Shown: piece by piece, positions 44,941 to 55,286 of the stretch
Layout: each line of letters begins with the position of its first letter
Position numbering within the stretch: position 1 is the stretch's first letter
IMG/VR virus record: IMGVR_UViG_3300050821_001198
Location: 32,001-96,000 of that record
Strand: one strand, 5' to 3'
DNA from: a virus
DNA: 64,000 nt
The notes under the pieces: generated by a model
Told to the model about the DNA's origin: nothing
The model's input: only the letters and a program-made list of their open reading frames with translations
Databases searched by the model: none
Program-made: the position numbers and the translations under genes

Positions 44941-46046
44941 ACAAAGATGTAAGAGAGGCACTCGAAGCAGAGCGCGCCCGAATGGAGAAGAAGTACGGTC
45001 ACAAGTCTGCCGACATCGGATCGACCCGTGTCAAGCAGAATGTGGTTTCGACGGGCATTCAAGCTCTCGACTACGCCCTAGGAATCGGCGGCTACCCTCG
45101 ACGGTACATGACGGAGATCTTTGGGCCGCCGGACGTAGGGAAGAGCAGTATCCTGGGGATCACCGCCATGGTGAATGCTCAGAATGAGGGGATGACACCG
45201 GGCATCATCGCTCTCGAACCAGGGTTCGACGCGGATTGGGCGGAGCGCCATGGCCTTGACACGGACGGGCTCCTGATCGGTCGGCCAGACGACGGCCACG
45301 CCGCCTTCGCGATGCTTTACGATTGGGTTATCGGGGACACGGTGGACTTCATCTTGTTCGATTCAATTGGGGCGGTCCTGCGCGAATCAGAGACCGACGA
45401 GAAGGCCACCGGACCCGCCGCTATGGGCCAAGCGGGACTCATTACCTGGGGTCTGAAGCGATGTGTCATGCCGCTCTGGAAGAAGAACAAGTGTCTTCTC
45501 CTAATCAACCAGGTTCGTGACGATCAGAAGAGCAAGATCTCCGGGCTACTCGATTCACCGGGCGGTCACGCTCTCAAGCACTCGTGCCCTATTCGGCTCC
45601 AAGTGAAGTTCGGCAAGGAACGGTGGTACGGTAAGGACCATGACGGCGACGAGTCGTACAGCTACACCAATGGCCAGAACATCGTGGTTGCCATCAAGCG
45701 AAACAAGATGTCCGAGGGCACTGGCAAACGTGCTCAGTTCGACTACTTCTATGAAGAGGTCGAAGGCCGACCGTTCGGGATTGACACAACGGCCGACATC
45801 CTCGCTACGGCTCTTCGTGCAGGAGTTATTGCACGAGCGGGAGCCAAGTATCGTCACCCGCTCTTTCCTCTCGCCAAGAGTGGGGAGAATCAGGTAGACG
45901 GCAAGGATGGTGTAGAGCAGTTCTTCAAGGACAATCCCCGGGCCGTGGAGACCATCCGCAACGAGATGATGACAGTCATGCGTGCGCGGCTCGAAGCAAA
46001 AGGATCAAGACCTGTAGAGAGCGACGACGTAGATGGCGAGGGCTAG
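44937..46046 (+). CDS. recA: RecA/UvsX-like recombinase
   Basis: LDYALGIGGYPR; EIFGPPDVGKS; FDSIGA; INQVRD; PGGHALKH. Confidence 0.93.
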   Translation: MNKDVREALEAERARMEKKYGHKSADIGSTRVKQNVVSTGIQALDYALGIGGYPRRYMTEIFGPPDVGKSSILGITAMVNAQNEGMTPGIIALEPGFDADWAERHGLDTDGLLIGRPDDGHAAFAMLYDWVIGDTVDFILFDSIGAVLRESETDEKATGPAAMGQAGLITWGLKRCVMPLWKKNKCLLLINQVRDDQKSKISGLLDSPGGHALKHSCPIRLQVKFGKERWYGKDHDGDESYSYTNGQNIVVAIKRNKMSEGTGKRAQFDYFYEEVEGRPFGIDTTADILATALRAGVIARAGAKYRHPLFPLAKSGENQVDGKDGVEQFFKDNPRAVETIRNEMMTVMRARLEAKGSRPVESDDVDGEG

Positions 46047-46383
46047 GGGTGAAAACAAGGATAGGTCACTTGTTCATGAGGAATGGATTGCTCGGCGCTA
46101 CGGCGGTCACCGTACGAGTAATTCCGGGGCGTCGGACCTCGATCCGGGAGATGTTCGGTGTCCAAACGACCTCTTTGAATGCAAGACCACCGGGTTTCCC
46201 GGCCACCCTTCTACTGCACCCCTACTACACGTCTTCACCAAGGTCGCGGACGAGGCATACGCCGCCGGTCTCGAACCGGCTGTAGCACTCCAATACTTCG
46301 ATCCCGACAATTTCCTAGCAAACGATGAGGGCTGGGTCAATCTAGTCGTCCGAACCGTGGAATACGATCTTGCCCATGGGTAA
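46033..46383 (+). CDS. PD-(D/E)xK nuclease, Holliday junction resolvase-like
   Basis: HEE..SGA..GDV..FECKTT. Confidence 0.75.
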   Translation: MARARGENKDRSLVHEEWIARRYGGHRTSNSGASDLDPGDVRCPNDLFECKTTGFPGHPSTAPLLHVFTKVADEAYAAGLEPAVALQYFDPDNFLANDEGWVNLVVRTVEYDLAHG

Positions 46384-47248
46384 CTTCAAGGTCGCCGCCA
46401 CTAATCGAACGCTGATGCAGTCCCTCAACCTGGGGTATCGAGTCGCACCGGCCATCGACAACTGGCTGGACAATAATCCGGAGAAGGAGTGGGGCTTTCA
46501 CTTTGAGCCCAAGATCCCTGATGACGCTTGGCACCCTTCTGGGGATTGCACGCCTAGCGTTTACGATCTCTGGTTGAAGGCCACCGGAGCCGCTGTCAGG
46601 AAACCCCTCTCGGTTGGGCTCAAGAAGACGTTTGGGGTGGGCCATTACTACCATCAGTGGATTCAGTGGATTCTCAGGGACGAACTTCAGTGGTGCAAGC
46701 CCGAGGACGTGGAACGTCGTGGGGGCTCATGGTGGGGCGAGCGAGAGTTCCTTGAACACGCCGACTACGACAACCCGACACCGGCTCCGGAGAACGCCTG
46801 GGGGCTTTGGCCGGGGAAGATGTGTGATGACCGTCTGGAGGGGTATTTCAAGCCCTCTCCGTTCCACTGGTCAACCGGATCGGCCGATATCGCGCCACTT
46901 GTCTTGCCTGATGCGACCAATTTATTGTTCGACATCAAGTCAATAAGTGGTAGTGACGCTAAGTTTGACACCCCTCCTGCCCGCTATGTGGACAAGTGGG
47001 AATGTCAGGCGTGCATTTACCTGGACTGGTTCCCGGAGTGCGAAGAGGCTATCTTCTTTGGCGTCAGCAAGGAGAATCCGCATGGATTCAAGGAGTGGGT
47101 CTTCAAGCCCAACCCTCCGCTAGTGGAAGCCATCTACGAGAAGTGGCAGTTGGTAACGTTTCTGATCGATGAGGGGATCACGCCGGATGAGGAAGACGCT
47201 GACCTCTGGATTGATCTACCTCTACAGGGAATCGTATGCGCCTCCTAG
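46376..47248 (+). CDS. PD-(D/E)xK (RecB/Cas4-like) exonuclease
   Basis: WHPS..C; GH..H; TGSAD..FDIKS; Q...Y. Confidence 0.75.
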   Translation: MGNFKVAATNRTLMQSLNLGYRVAPAIDNWLDNNPEKEWGFHFEPKIPDDAWHPSGDCTPSVYDLWLKATGAAVRKPLSVGLKKTFGVGHYYHQWIQWILRDELQWCKPEDVERRGGSWWGEREFLEHADYDNPTPAPENAWGLWPGKMCDDRLEGYFKPSPFHWSTGSADIAPLVLPDATNLLFDIKSISGSDAKFDTPPARYVDKWECQACIYLDWFPECEEAIFFGVSKENPHGFKEWVFKPNPPLVEAIYEKWQLVTFLIDEGITPDEEDADLWIDLPLQGIVCAS

Positions 47249-47766
47249 CGATGGATACGGGTGCCAAGAGAATGGGCTGGAGTGTTCTCGACGCCTATGA
47301 GGATTTCACTGAGATCGGGTACATTGCCTCTGGTGTCATGGGGCTCGATAAGCCCGAGGACGAGCCTTGGCAGGATTATCGCCTGCGACTGATTCGTTAC
47401 TGGTCGATTGAGGGCGACCAACTACTCAGAACCTACTCGCCAACCCGATTCGCCAACGAAACGATGCCCGTCATCGGCGTCGGGAAGGCATCCGCCCAAT
47501 CAGTGCTTGCTAACGCGGCTCTGGCGTCCATGCAAACCGTGGTGAACATCCACGAGATTCCGATTACACAAGTAGCCGCCGTGTCTGTGAAGGCACGGAT
47601 AGGAGGGGGACGATCCGCCACGAAACCAAAGGTCCGTGACGGTGTAATCTCCCTCCTGCCCGAACTGGCCCGTCGCAAGTCCGATTGGACGAAAGCCGAC
47701 AAGTTCGATGAGCCCGATGCCATTGCGGTCGGGCTAGTAGCGCTGGGAGCCAGATGCCCACGCTAA
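47236..47766 (+). CDS. ruvC: RuvC-like resolvase
   Basis: LLAMDTG..GWSV; NE; VKARI..ATK; DEPDAIAVG. Confidence 0.82.
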   Translation: MRLLAMDTGAKRMGWSVLDAYEDFTEIGYIASGVMGLDKPEDEPWQDYRLRLIRYWSIEGDQLLRTYSPTRFANETMPVIGVGKASAQSVLANAALASMQTVVNIHEIPITQVAAVSVKARIGGGRSATKPKVRDGVISLLPELARRKSDWTKADKFDEPDAIAVGLVALGARCPR

Positions 47767-48293
47767 TGGACGCCGGAACGACAGGAAGTACATTGACGAC
47801 CACAGCGCAAGACCAATACGCGAGGGTGATGGAACGAGGTATCCGTCTCTTCAAGGAAAACTATACCCTCCCTACAGAGGAAACCCCGCCTCACCGGGTC
47901 CTCAAGGAGATCCTGAGGAACTACATCAGTTGGCGTGACCATCTGGCATCCAGGGGGTTCCAGGATGACGTGATCGAACACAGTTACTTCGTCGCTGACA
48001 ACTCAACCGACCCTCCGGGCATCCGTAAGGTCACCCTGTCGATCTCGTTCTCTGACCTCCAGAACTGCCTACTACCGCAGTCCAAGGGCGGTGTGCTGTC
48101 TGAGCGCAAGCGAGAGGCCCTTCTCTACAACATCGTCTTCGACTGGAAGCAGAAGGATGTCGCCGCGAAGATGGGAATTACCCCGGTATCGGTCGGTCAG
48201 TACGCCGATCTTGCGCTCCGTCAGCTAGCCAAGCTCTACTTCACCGAAGAGGACATGGCAACGAGCCAGTACGACTACGGGAGGACCAAGTAA
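47754..48293 (+). CDS. Sigma-70 region 4-like HTH transcription factor
   Basis: LSERKREAL..WKQKDVAAKMGITPVSVGQYADLALRQL. Confidence 0.75.
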   Translation: MPTLMDAGTTGSTLTTTAQDQYARVMERGIRLFKENYTLPTEETPPHRVLKEILRNYISWRDHLASRGFQDDVIEHSYFVADNSTDPPGIRKVTLSISFSDLQNCLLPQSKGGVLSERKREALLYNIVFDWKQKDVAAKMGITPVSVGQYADLALRQLAKLYFTEEDMATSQYDYGRTK

Positions 48294-48805
48294 TGTCCAC
48301 TATGCGTAGACGATTCTGGAAGAAGGAAGACGCTCCCGAGTATATCGAGGGTCAGTCATATACGGCCCATCAGATCGAGCTAATGGCCGACGCAATCCTC
48401 AAGGCTGACTCCAAGCGAGAGATGTGTCGTCAGTGTGCAGGGCAGGGCGAGAAGACCGGCGAGAAGAAGATCGGGCCACAGTTCATGTACGACGAGGATG
48501 GAATCGTTCTCGGTCCTCTCCTGGACGGCGAGGGTCACCAGCTTGGTGTCGTCTTCTACGAGCTTATGTGCTCGAACGGACACACTTGGTTTGAGGGCGA
48601 AGGCAAGGCCAAGGGATTCAAGGGTGAGAACCCGGTCCTCCTAGAAGAGCACATCATCGCCCGCAAGCGGCGCGAGATTATGTGTGAGAACGGCACTCCA
48701 GACCCGAACATCGTGGCAGGGATGTACAACAAGACTCACCCTGATGGTCGCCGGGTGAACAGTCAAGAATCGCGAGAAACCCATGGCGCGAGCTTCTACT
48801 CCTAG
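48293..48805 (+). CDS. Hypothetical Zn-binding protein
   Basis: CRQC..CSNGH. Confidence 0.6.
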   Translation: MSTMRRRFWKKEDAPEYIEGQSYTAHQIELMADAILKADSKREMCRQCAGQGEKTGEKKIGPQFMYDEDGIVLGPLLDGEGHQLGVVFYELMCSNGHTWFEGEGKAKGFKGENPVLLEEHIIARKRREIMCENGTPDPNIVAGMYNKTHPDGRRVNSQESRETHGASFYS

Positions 48806-48814
48806 GACTTCGAG

Positions 48815-49486
48815 ATGAACGAAGAGATCGAGGTAGACGGGTACTCTGACGGGGAGGACGAGTCCGCCCGCAAGAAGAACAGCCGACGTAAGAGTCGAGT
48901 GATTGCCGCTGGCACAGCCAGTGTCGAGCCGCCGTCGCTCTACTTCGACGGCCGCTGTCACTGTTGCATACACGAGTACCGGAAGACCATCGACAAGCTC
49001 TGCGTGACCTCCAACATCTCACCAACAGAGATCGCCCGTATGTTTGGGGTCAGTCGAGCCTCTGTGGTGAACCACGGGAAGAATCACCTTGACTACGCCG
49101 AGGCGTCCATTCGTCGTGTCATCGAAGCAGAGGCATCCGCCACCCAGGAGAACGTCGAGGATGGTGTTAGAGGTATCCTGGCACGCCGTGTCTTCCTCTC
49201 GTCGTACATCCAACGCACAATGGAGGCTCTCCTGAACAACGAATTGCCTCTATCGGGTAAGGAGGCAATGGCGGCGATCAACATGCTCACTCAGTACGAA
49301 GAGTCCGAGACCGTGGCACAGATGGCGGAGCTTCAGGACCAGTTTGACGCCTTCCAGCAGGCGATGAAAGAGATCGTACCTGCGGATGCGTGGTACGCTA
49401 TCGTTGCACGCACGGAAGAGATCTACAAGACAAGTGGCATGATGGCTAAGCTGAAGCAGATTACCGAGGGGCAGGATGGCGCATAA
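48815..49486 (+). CDS. Zn/HTH DNA-binding protein, possible terminase small subunit
   Basis: CHCC.H..PTEIARMFGVSRASVVNHGKNHL followed by a helical region. Confidence 0.5.
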   Translation: MNEEIEVDGYSDGEDESARKKNSRRKSRVIAAGTASVEPPSLYFDGRCHCCIHEYRKTIDKLCVTSNISPTEIARMFGVSRASVVNHGKNHLDYAEASIRRVIEAEASATQENVEDGVRGILARRVFLSSYIQRTMEALLNNELPLSGKEAMAAINMLTQYEESETVAQMAELQDQFDAFQQAMKEIVPADAWYAIVARTEEIYKTSGMMAKLKQITEGQDGA

Positions 49487-51419
49487 TGTCCTCACCCCTG
49501 AGCTTGTTGAGGAAATATCAGCGAATGCCGCTGAGGACCGATGGTTGGTCCTTGATCAACACAAGTCTTATCCGGGATACTGGAAGGTTCAATGTGTCAG
49601 TCCCGACTACCTACTTGTGTTCTCGGACCTTATCGGTCCCCATCGGGTCATATCCCCGGCAGAACTCCCAGATCTGCTTGAGCTTGCAAGTAGAAGCGGT
49701 TACGAGGTTGCGTTCGGAGAGGACCCTCTCGGAATCCTATCCTCGTATGAGCACCTAAACGATCCTCCGGAAGTGACTATCAACAGTCACTTCGAGAATA
49801 CCGTCAACGGATTGCTGCCCTACCAGGTACAGGGCTACAACGCGCTCAAGGACGTAGAAGGTGCAGCGGCCCTCTGGACGACCGGCTCCGGGAAGACCGT
49901 TCTGGCAACCGCCCTGATCATGTACCACTTCATGAAGGGTCACTCGGACGCCTGTTTCTTTCTAGTCAAGGCCAACAACAAGATCAACACTCAGCGATGG
50001 CTCAAGCAGCTAGGGGACCTTGACTCCATTGTGATCGAGGGTACGAAGCCACAACGCGAGAAGCGATACCTCGAATTCTACGACGCACTCGATGATGGAC
50101 GCCACCCTATTGCCATCACGAACTACGAGAAGTTCCGTGACGACTTCTGCTGGTTCGAGAAGAGCAAGAAGGACATTTGGCTGCCCCGGCTGCATGAGTG
50201 GTGCGAGCCGATCTTCGACTCAAACCTGTTCTTGATCTGGGATGAGGCTCCCACGAAGCTCAAGAGCCGCGACAGCAAGCTCTACAAGGGCGTCTGCCGT
50301 TCGCTCTATGAGACAAACGCCCCGGCCGTGGATTGGACTAAGCGGCGCTCTCCCGGCCTCAGACAGCTTGTTTTGACGGCCACTCCCATCGAGATCGACC
50401 CGGAGGATTGGTTCAACGTCGAGCGGCTCATCAACGGGGGTAGAACATACGGCACTGTGACCGCCTTCCGAGACCGTTACGCTGCGGCCTATGACTACTT
50501 CAATGAGAACAAAGTCATCTTGTGGAAGGATCTCGATGACATCGCTCTCCGGGCCTCCGGGATCGTTCACCGAGTGGACAAGAGTCACCCCGACATCGCT
50601 GCTCAGTTCCCCAAGGTCGTGCAGGAGATCGTTGAGATCGATTGGGAGTGGAACGACTACCTGGCATACAAGAAGGTCATGAAGGAGCTACGCAAGGAGC
50701 TTGAGGAAGCGGAAGAGCAGAATATCACGGTGCTGGCCGCCATCGCCATCGGACAAATGCTCTGTGACGCTCCCGAGATGGTGCTCAACTCTGCCGCCGT
50801 CCGCGAGACGTGGGAAGCTCTAGGGCCGGATGTGCCTCCGGAGGGGTCTGCGACGGCCCTGGCGCTCTGTAGAGCCCTTGCGGGGTACAAGCTGACGAAC
50901 TCCCGCCACACTAAGATCCAGACCCTTAGAGAGCTTCTCACAGAGCGACACCCGACTGAAAAGTGCCTTGTCTACACGATCTACAACCAAGCGCTGCTGC
51001 CGATGATGTCGGACTGGCTGGACTTGTGGGGTGTCAGTCACGTAGTGTACTCCGGAACAAACGCTCAGAAACAGTATGCGGAGGATGTTTTCAAGTCTGA
51101 CCCCTCTATTCGCGTCTTCCTTTCATCTGACGCCGGATCGGACTCGCTAAACCTCGAAGTGGCATCAGTCGGGATCAACTACGATCTCCCCTGGAACTAC
51201 TCCCGGTACATGCAGAGGATAGGACGTAACGAGCGAGCCACATCCAATTTTGACACCGTGTACTGGTACGACCTACTTATGACTCACAGTGTTGAGATGC
51301 GGCGTCAGAAGCTCATCGGAACCAAGAAGGGCTATCACGAGGGACTGACGGGTCGTGCCAGCGCGGAGTCCAGGTCTTCGCGAATGAGCAGGCAGGACTT
51401 GCTTGATATCCTAGGCTGA
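49476..51419 (+). CDS. SNF2-family helicase
   Basis: LLPYQ; TGSGKT; TNYE; IWDEAP; LTATP; SLNL..INYDLPWN..QRIGR. Confidence 0.88.
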   Translation: MAHNVLTPELVEEISANAAEDRWLVLDQHKSYPGYWKVQCVSPDYLLVFSDLIGPHRVISPAELPDLLELASRSGYEVAFGEDPLGILSSYEHLNDPPEVTINSHFENTVNGLLPYQVQGYNALKDVEGAAALWTTGSGKTVLATALIMYHFMKGHSDACFFLVKANNKINTQRWLKQLGDLDSIVIEGTKPQREKRYLEFYDALDDGRHPIAITNYEKFRDDFCWFEKSKKDIWLPRLHEWCEPIFDSNLFLIWDEAPTKLKSRDSKLYKGVCRSLYETNAPAVDWTKRRSPGLRQLVLTATPIEIDPEDWFNVERLINGGRTYGTVTAFRDRYAAAYDYFNENKVILWKDLDDIALRASGIVHRVDKSHPDIAAQFPKVVQEIVEIDWEWNDYLAYKKVMKELRKELEEAEEQNITVLAAIAIGQMLCDAPEMVLNSAAVRETWEALGPDVPPEGSATALALCRALAGYKLTNSRHTKIQTLRELLTERHPTEKCLVYTIYNQALLPMMSDWLDLWGVSHVVYSGTNAQKQYAEDVFKSDPSIRVFLSSDAGSDSLNLEVASVGINYDLPWNYSRYMQRIGRNERATSNFDTVYWYDLLMTHSVEMRRQKLIGTKKGYHEGLTGRASAESRSSRMSRQDLLDILG

Positions 51420-51578
51420 CATGCACTTCTCGCGCAATAGCGGGAGTCAGGGTCGCGTGGTCACGGGAGGAATCGGTAGGCGCTGGGGAAGGTGAACGCC
51501 GCCCAGGTAGGTGCTGACGAGCCCGGACGCGAGCACCGTCGTCCAGCGGGGACGGTCACGGCGCGGCCTCCGGAAGCA

Positions 51579-51674
51579 TCAGTACGCCCCCGCATTCCAC
51601 GCGCCGGTGGCGCCGCACCCGGCCAGCATCGGCAGCGTGCCGATGAGCAGAACGGTCAGGATCTTCCTAGTCAT
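51579..51674 (-). CDS. 31-aa putative lipoprotein
   Basis: MTRKILTVLLIGTLPMLAGC|GATGAWNAGAY with LAGC lipobox; GGAGG SD; ATGA overlap. Confidence 0.5.
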   Translation of the reverse strand: MTRKILTVLLIGTLPMLAGCGATGAWNAGAY

Positions 51675-52210
51675 TTCTCTTCCTCCGTTAGAGGCTTGCG
51701 CCATTCGGGCTCGGGCGCCTCGCCGCGTTTGAAAGCGGCGTACTGGTCCATCCGGCCGCCCTCAGAGGTGTCGCAGATCAGATAGCCGGACGCATGCTCT
51801 GTGCCGTGGACGAACCCGACCTTCCGCATCGCGTCGTCGGACGGAGCGTGCGGGACCGTGACAAACGTCGCGATCCCCCGCTCGCGGAAGTAACCGGGAA
51901 GCGTTGAGACGAGCTTTGTAAGCAGGCCGCCGTCGTTCGACTGGAGCCACTTGAACTCCAGCCAGTCGCCGTTGCGGACGATCTCGCACCAGTCGCCGTT
52001 CTCCCAGTGGAGACGGTAGAACCGGAACGGAGGGCGGTCGTCATGCTCGATCGACGCCGCACCGACCACCTCCAAGAGGCCGTCCGTGTCGATGTCCAGG
52101 ATGCCCGCGTCGCCTCGTGCGAGGAGTTCCTGCTTCGCGGCCTCTGCGATGAGCTGCGCGCGGATCGCCCATGCATCCTGCTTAGTGCTCTGACGCTTTA
52201 GAACGTCCAT
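51671..52210 (-). CDS. Hypothetical protein, possibly GNAT-like fold
   Basis: GLLTKL..YFRERGI..MRKVGF pattern; ATG 52210 overlaps the fibre stop. Confidence 0.5.
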   Translation of the reverse strand: MDVLKRQSTKQDAWAIRAQLIAEAAKQELLARGDAGILDIDTDGLLEVVGAASIEHDDRPPFRFYRLHWENGDWCEIVRNGDWLEFKWLQSNDGGLLTKLVSTLPGYFRERGIATFVTVPHAPSDDAMRKVGFVHGTEHASGYLICDTSEGGRMDQYAAFKRGEAPEPEWRKPLTEEEK

Positions 52211-55200
52211 ATCACCACCAGGACTCCGTTGCCACCATTGCCGCCCACGCCCGAACTCTGGCCCGTGCGCGTGCCACCACCACCCCCGCCGCCGCCGCCG
52301 TAGGAGCCGCCAGAACCGCCAGCGAAGCCGCCTGTTAGGCCACCACCGCCGCCGCCACCACCGGAGCCGCCCATCGCAGAGTTCGTAGCGGCCGTGGACG
52401 CGCCACCGGCCCCCACCGCGCCCGAGCCGCCGGATGCCTGCGCGAGCGCGCCACCCGAGCCCGAGCCGCCATTTCCGCCCGCTGTCGCAGCGTTCGCTGA
52501 CGTGCATCCGCCCCCTGCAGCGCCCGCACCGGTCATGCTCCACTCCGCCTGGAACGCGGTCGGGGACGCACCGGCCGCACCAGCGGCTTGACCGGCGGGA
52601 CCGAACATCGTGGTGCCACCGCCCTGCGAGGTCGTGCCCGAACCCCCGGCGGCCGTCAGATACGAGCCGAAGCTCGTGGGGTTGCCGTACTTCGGTGCGT
52701 TCCCCGCGCCGCTCGTAACGCTCGCGCCACCCGTGCCGCTCGTCCCGACCGTTCCCGCGATCGTCGCGGTGAGATCAGACGCCAGGAACTCGCCCACTGA
52801 ATAGCCACCCGCGCCACCACCCGCGCCGCCGGATGCGGCGGTGCTCGTGGCTGCGCAAGAACCAGACGTGCCCCCGCATCCCGAGCCGATCTCGTACACG
52901 TAGGCCGACTTCGCGCCCCCGGGCTTCGTGATCGTGCCGTTCGAGGTGAGCACCTGGTACTCAAGGCCGTTCGTGTTCACGGTCGGGTCGGCTGCACGAA
53001 TACGCATCTTTGACCCGCCGGTGATATTGATCGCCGTGATGTACCCAAGGCCACCGAGGCGCTCGATGATCAGCTCTCCGCCGATCGTGTTGTTCGCGTC
53101 GAGTACCGGATTCGTAACCGGTGCCCACGCCCAGAACCCGTCCTCAAGGAAATGCGTGCCACGCACGCTAATCGGAGGATTAGACCCGATGCTCGCAAAC
53201 GACTTCAGGCCATTCACCGGATCCCAGCCGGAGTAGACGTACTGGTAAGAGTTCGCGGTGATGTACGGGATCGTGATGCCCACCTGACCCGCACCGCCGT
53301 TCGGGTCCTGGAAGCTATAGATCGCCCCGACGCCGAAGGCGTTACCCGTCCAGGTGCAGTTCGCTCCGAGTACGATGCCGACGACGGTTCCATCGAAATC
53401 GACGTTGTACGCACGCGAGGTGCCGTTGTTGTCGCCGTATGGCATCCGCCACGCGAAGTTGCAGTTGTTCGTCGGCAGGATGCCCTCGGTACCGTAGGTG
53501 CCGCCAGACGCCAACCCTGCCGTGTGAACATTGTTGTGGCCGCTCGGGACCGCCTCGACACAGAGAGCCAGATCGACGCCGCCCATATTCGCGTTCTCGG
53601 GCATCCACACGGTGAGGTTGTTGAAGTGGAACGCACACGAGATCGGGAACGCCGAGAGGTCGGACGGGTACGGCATCGTCGCGCCGCCAATCACCGACGG
53701 GACACCGAAGCTACTGCTGTACCCCGGCCCCGGGCAGAGCGCCAGAATGCCAGCGCCCGGGGGCATGTCCCAGTCAAGGGCGATATTCGGGCTCTCGGGG
53801 AGCGGGATCAGCGCATAGCCCCCCTGAGACGTCGAGAACGTGCCACCGTTGGCACCAACGCCGTAGAGCTTGTTCGCGAACTGCGCCTTATAGCCAGCGC
53901 CGCACGCTGCGCTCAGGTTCAAGAGTGCCGCAGCATCGTCGGTCGAGAACCAGCCATTACAGTTCGTCGAGATCGTCGTTGAAGCGTTCACCGACAGCGT
54001 GACCGTTCCAGCCGACGCACCATTGCCAGGGACCCCGGTGATCTGCGCGAACAGTCCCGCGCCCATCGTCGTGACAGCCGATCCGGACGGCAGCGTGACC
54101 GGCACGTTCCCCAAATGGTTGACGGTGATGTTGCCGTTTGACGCCGCTGCCGATACCAGAGCGAACGGGATGCCGTTCGCTCCACTGGACACGATTACCC
54201 ACGCGCCCGAAAGCGGGATCGCGGCGCCAGAAGTGCGCGAGATCGTGGTCGGGTTCGTACCCGAGGTGATCTGCGCGCTCGTCGTCCCGAGCGACGTGGA
54301 CGCACCCGCCCCACGAACATAGATGTACTGGCCGATCTTCGCCTGCGACGCCTTCGAGGTGGTCAACACGTTCGATCCGGCCTGGATCGCGCCGTCGGAG
54401 AACATCACCCCGTCACCCACCGCCCCGAACTGGTCCGGGGTCAGTGTGGATCCACGCGCGACAAGCGCCCAGTTCGTCCCATCCGCCCCGAAAGTCGAGC
54501 CGGAGGTGAAGGCGGACTGCGCCGCGTACAGGAGCCCGTTGACGAGAACGAACTGACCCTTCAGGTAGTTCACGCCAGAGGCCCAAGTGAGCGACGTGTT
54601 CTGAGCGGCCGGGAGGCGGGCGGTCGCATCGAGCGTCGCGACGCCGCTTGCGGCGGCCCTCTGTGTCAGCGGGATCAGCGTAGCCTCAGCAGCGAGCGCT
54701 CGCGTCCTCTCGACAGCCACCGCAGAGTCCGCGTAGCCAGTGGTCGCGATCTTCGTGGAGTCATCGAGCGCCGCCGCTGTCGGCGCTGTCGGCGTCCCCG
54801 TGAACGCTGGCGAGGCGAGCCGCGCCAGCGTAGCCGAATCAGACAGATCGGTGCTGGCCGCGTTCAAGCCCGGGTTCGGGTATGAGCCCGATAGCTTCCC
54901 GCCAGCAGCGCCGGACGGTGGCCCGCCAACCTCCCAGTCCACGCCATCCGTGGCCGACGAGCGCGCCGTGAGCACATAGCCATCCGTGCCGACCGGCAGC
55001 CTCGCGCGGACGCCGTTCGACGCGCCCACGATCATGTCGCCCTTCGCCTGGACCAGTTCGTCCTGAGCCCCGCTTACCACCGAATTCGGCAGGTTAGCAA
55101 TGTCGGTGGCGTACTTCAACGAACTCCAGGCCGTCGCGCCGTCCCCGATCTTTTGTTTCCCCGTATCGGTTTCGAGGGCGGGTTCGCCAAGGGCTAGAAC

Positions 55201-55263
55201 GGGGTCATCAGATGTCCAGTTGGCAGCCGTATCCCGGCGGATTTGAAAGGTGACCAGGGTCAT
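52198..55263 (-). CDS. Tail fibre/spike: Mtd-N-like N-terminus, CBM-like segment, beta-helix-like middle, Gly-rich C-terminus
   Basis: FQIRRDTAANWT..GEPALETDTGKQKIGDG; WASGVNY..V..NG.LY; QFGAVGDG..TDDAAAL; GGGGGG tail. Confidence 0.82.
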   Translation of the reverse strand: MTLVTFQIRRDTAANWTSDDPVLALGEPALETDTGKQKIGDGATAWSSLKYATDIANLPNSVVSGAQDELVQAKGDMIVGASNGVRARLPVGTDGYVLTARSSATDGVDWEVGGPPSGAAGGKLSGSYPNPGLNAASTDLSDSATLARLASPAFTGTPTAPTAAALDDSTKIATTGYADSAVAVERTRALAAEATLIPLTQRAAASGVATLDATARLPAAQNTSLTWASGVNYLKGQFVLVNGLLYAAQSAFTSGSTFGADGTNWALVARGSTLTPDQFGAVGDGVMFSDGAIQAGSNVLTTSKASQAKIGQYIYVRGAGASTSLGTTSAQITSGTNPTTISRTSGAAIPLSGAWVIVSSGANGIPFALVSAAASNGNITVNHLGNVPVTLPSGSAVTTMGAGLFAQITGVPGNGASAGTVTLSVNASTTISTNCNGWFSTDDAAALLNLSAACGAGYKAQFANKLYGVGANGGTFSTSQGGYALIPLPESPNIALDWDMPPGAGILALCPGPGYSSSFGVPSVIGGATMPYPSDLSAFPISCAFHFNNLTVWMPENANMGGVDLALCVEAVPSGHNNVHTAGLASGGTYGTEGILPTNNCNFAWRMPYGDNNGTSRAYNVDFDGTVVGIVLGANCTWTGNAFGVGAIYSFQDPNGGAGQVGITIPYITANSYQYVYSGWDPVNGLKSFASIGSNPPISVRGTHFLEDGFWAWAPVTNPVLDANNTIGGELIIERLGGLGYITAINITGGSKMRIRAADPTVNTNGLEYQVLTSNGTITKPGGAKSAYVYEIGSGCGGTSGSCAATSTAASGGAGGGAGGYSVGEFLASDLTATIAGTVGTSGTGGASVTSGAGNAPKYGNPTSFGSYLTAAGGSGTTSQGGGTTMFGPAGQAAGAAGASPTAFQAEWSMTGAGAAGGGCTSANAATAGGNGGSGSGGALAQASGGSGAVGAGGASTAATNSAMGGSGGGGGGGGLTGGFAGGSGGSYGGGGGGGGGTRTGQSSGVGGNGGNGVLVVIWTF

Positions 55264-55286
55264 CAAGGATTACTTGGGCGCGTGAC

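Noticed and set aside
46376-47248. CRISPR-associated Cas4 or a CRISPR array
   Set aside because: No repeat-spacer array or other cas genes seen; it sits in a recombination operon and lacks an evident four-Cys cluster
51460-55100. Invertible shufflon ends (GAATCGGTAGG versus GAATTCGGTGG)
   Set aside because: Similarity is too weak and no recombinase is present in the window
52198-55263. Diversity-generating retroelement suggested by the Mtd-like N-terminus
   Set aside because: No reverse transcriptase or TR/VR repeat pair seen in the window, and the C-terminus is Gly-rich rather than a C-type lectin
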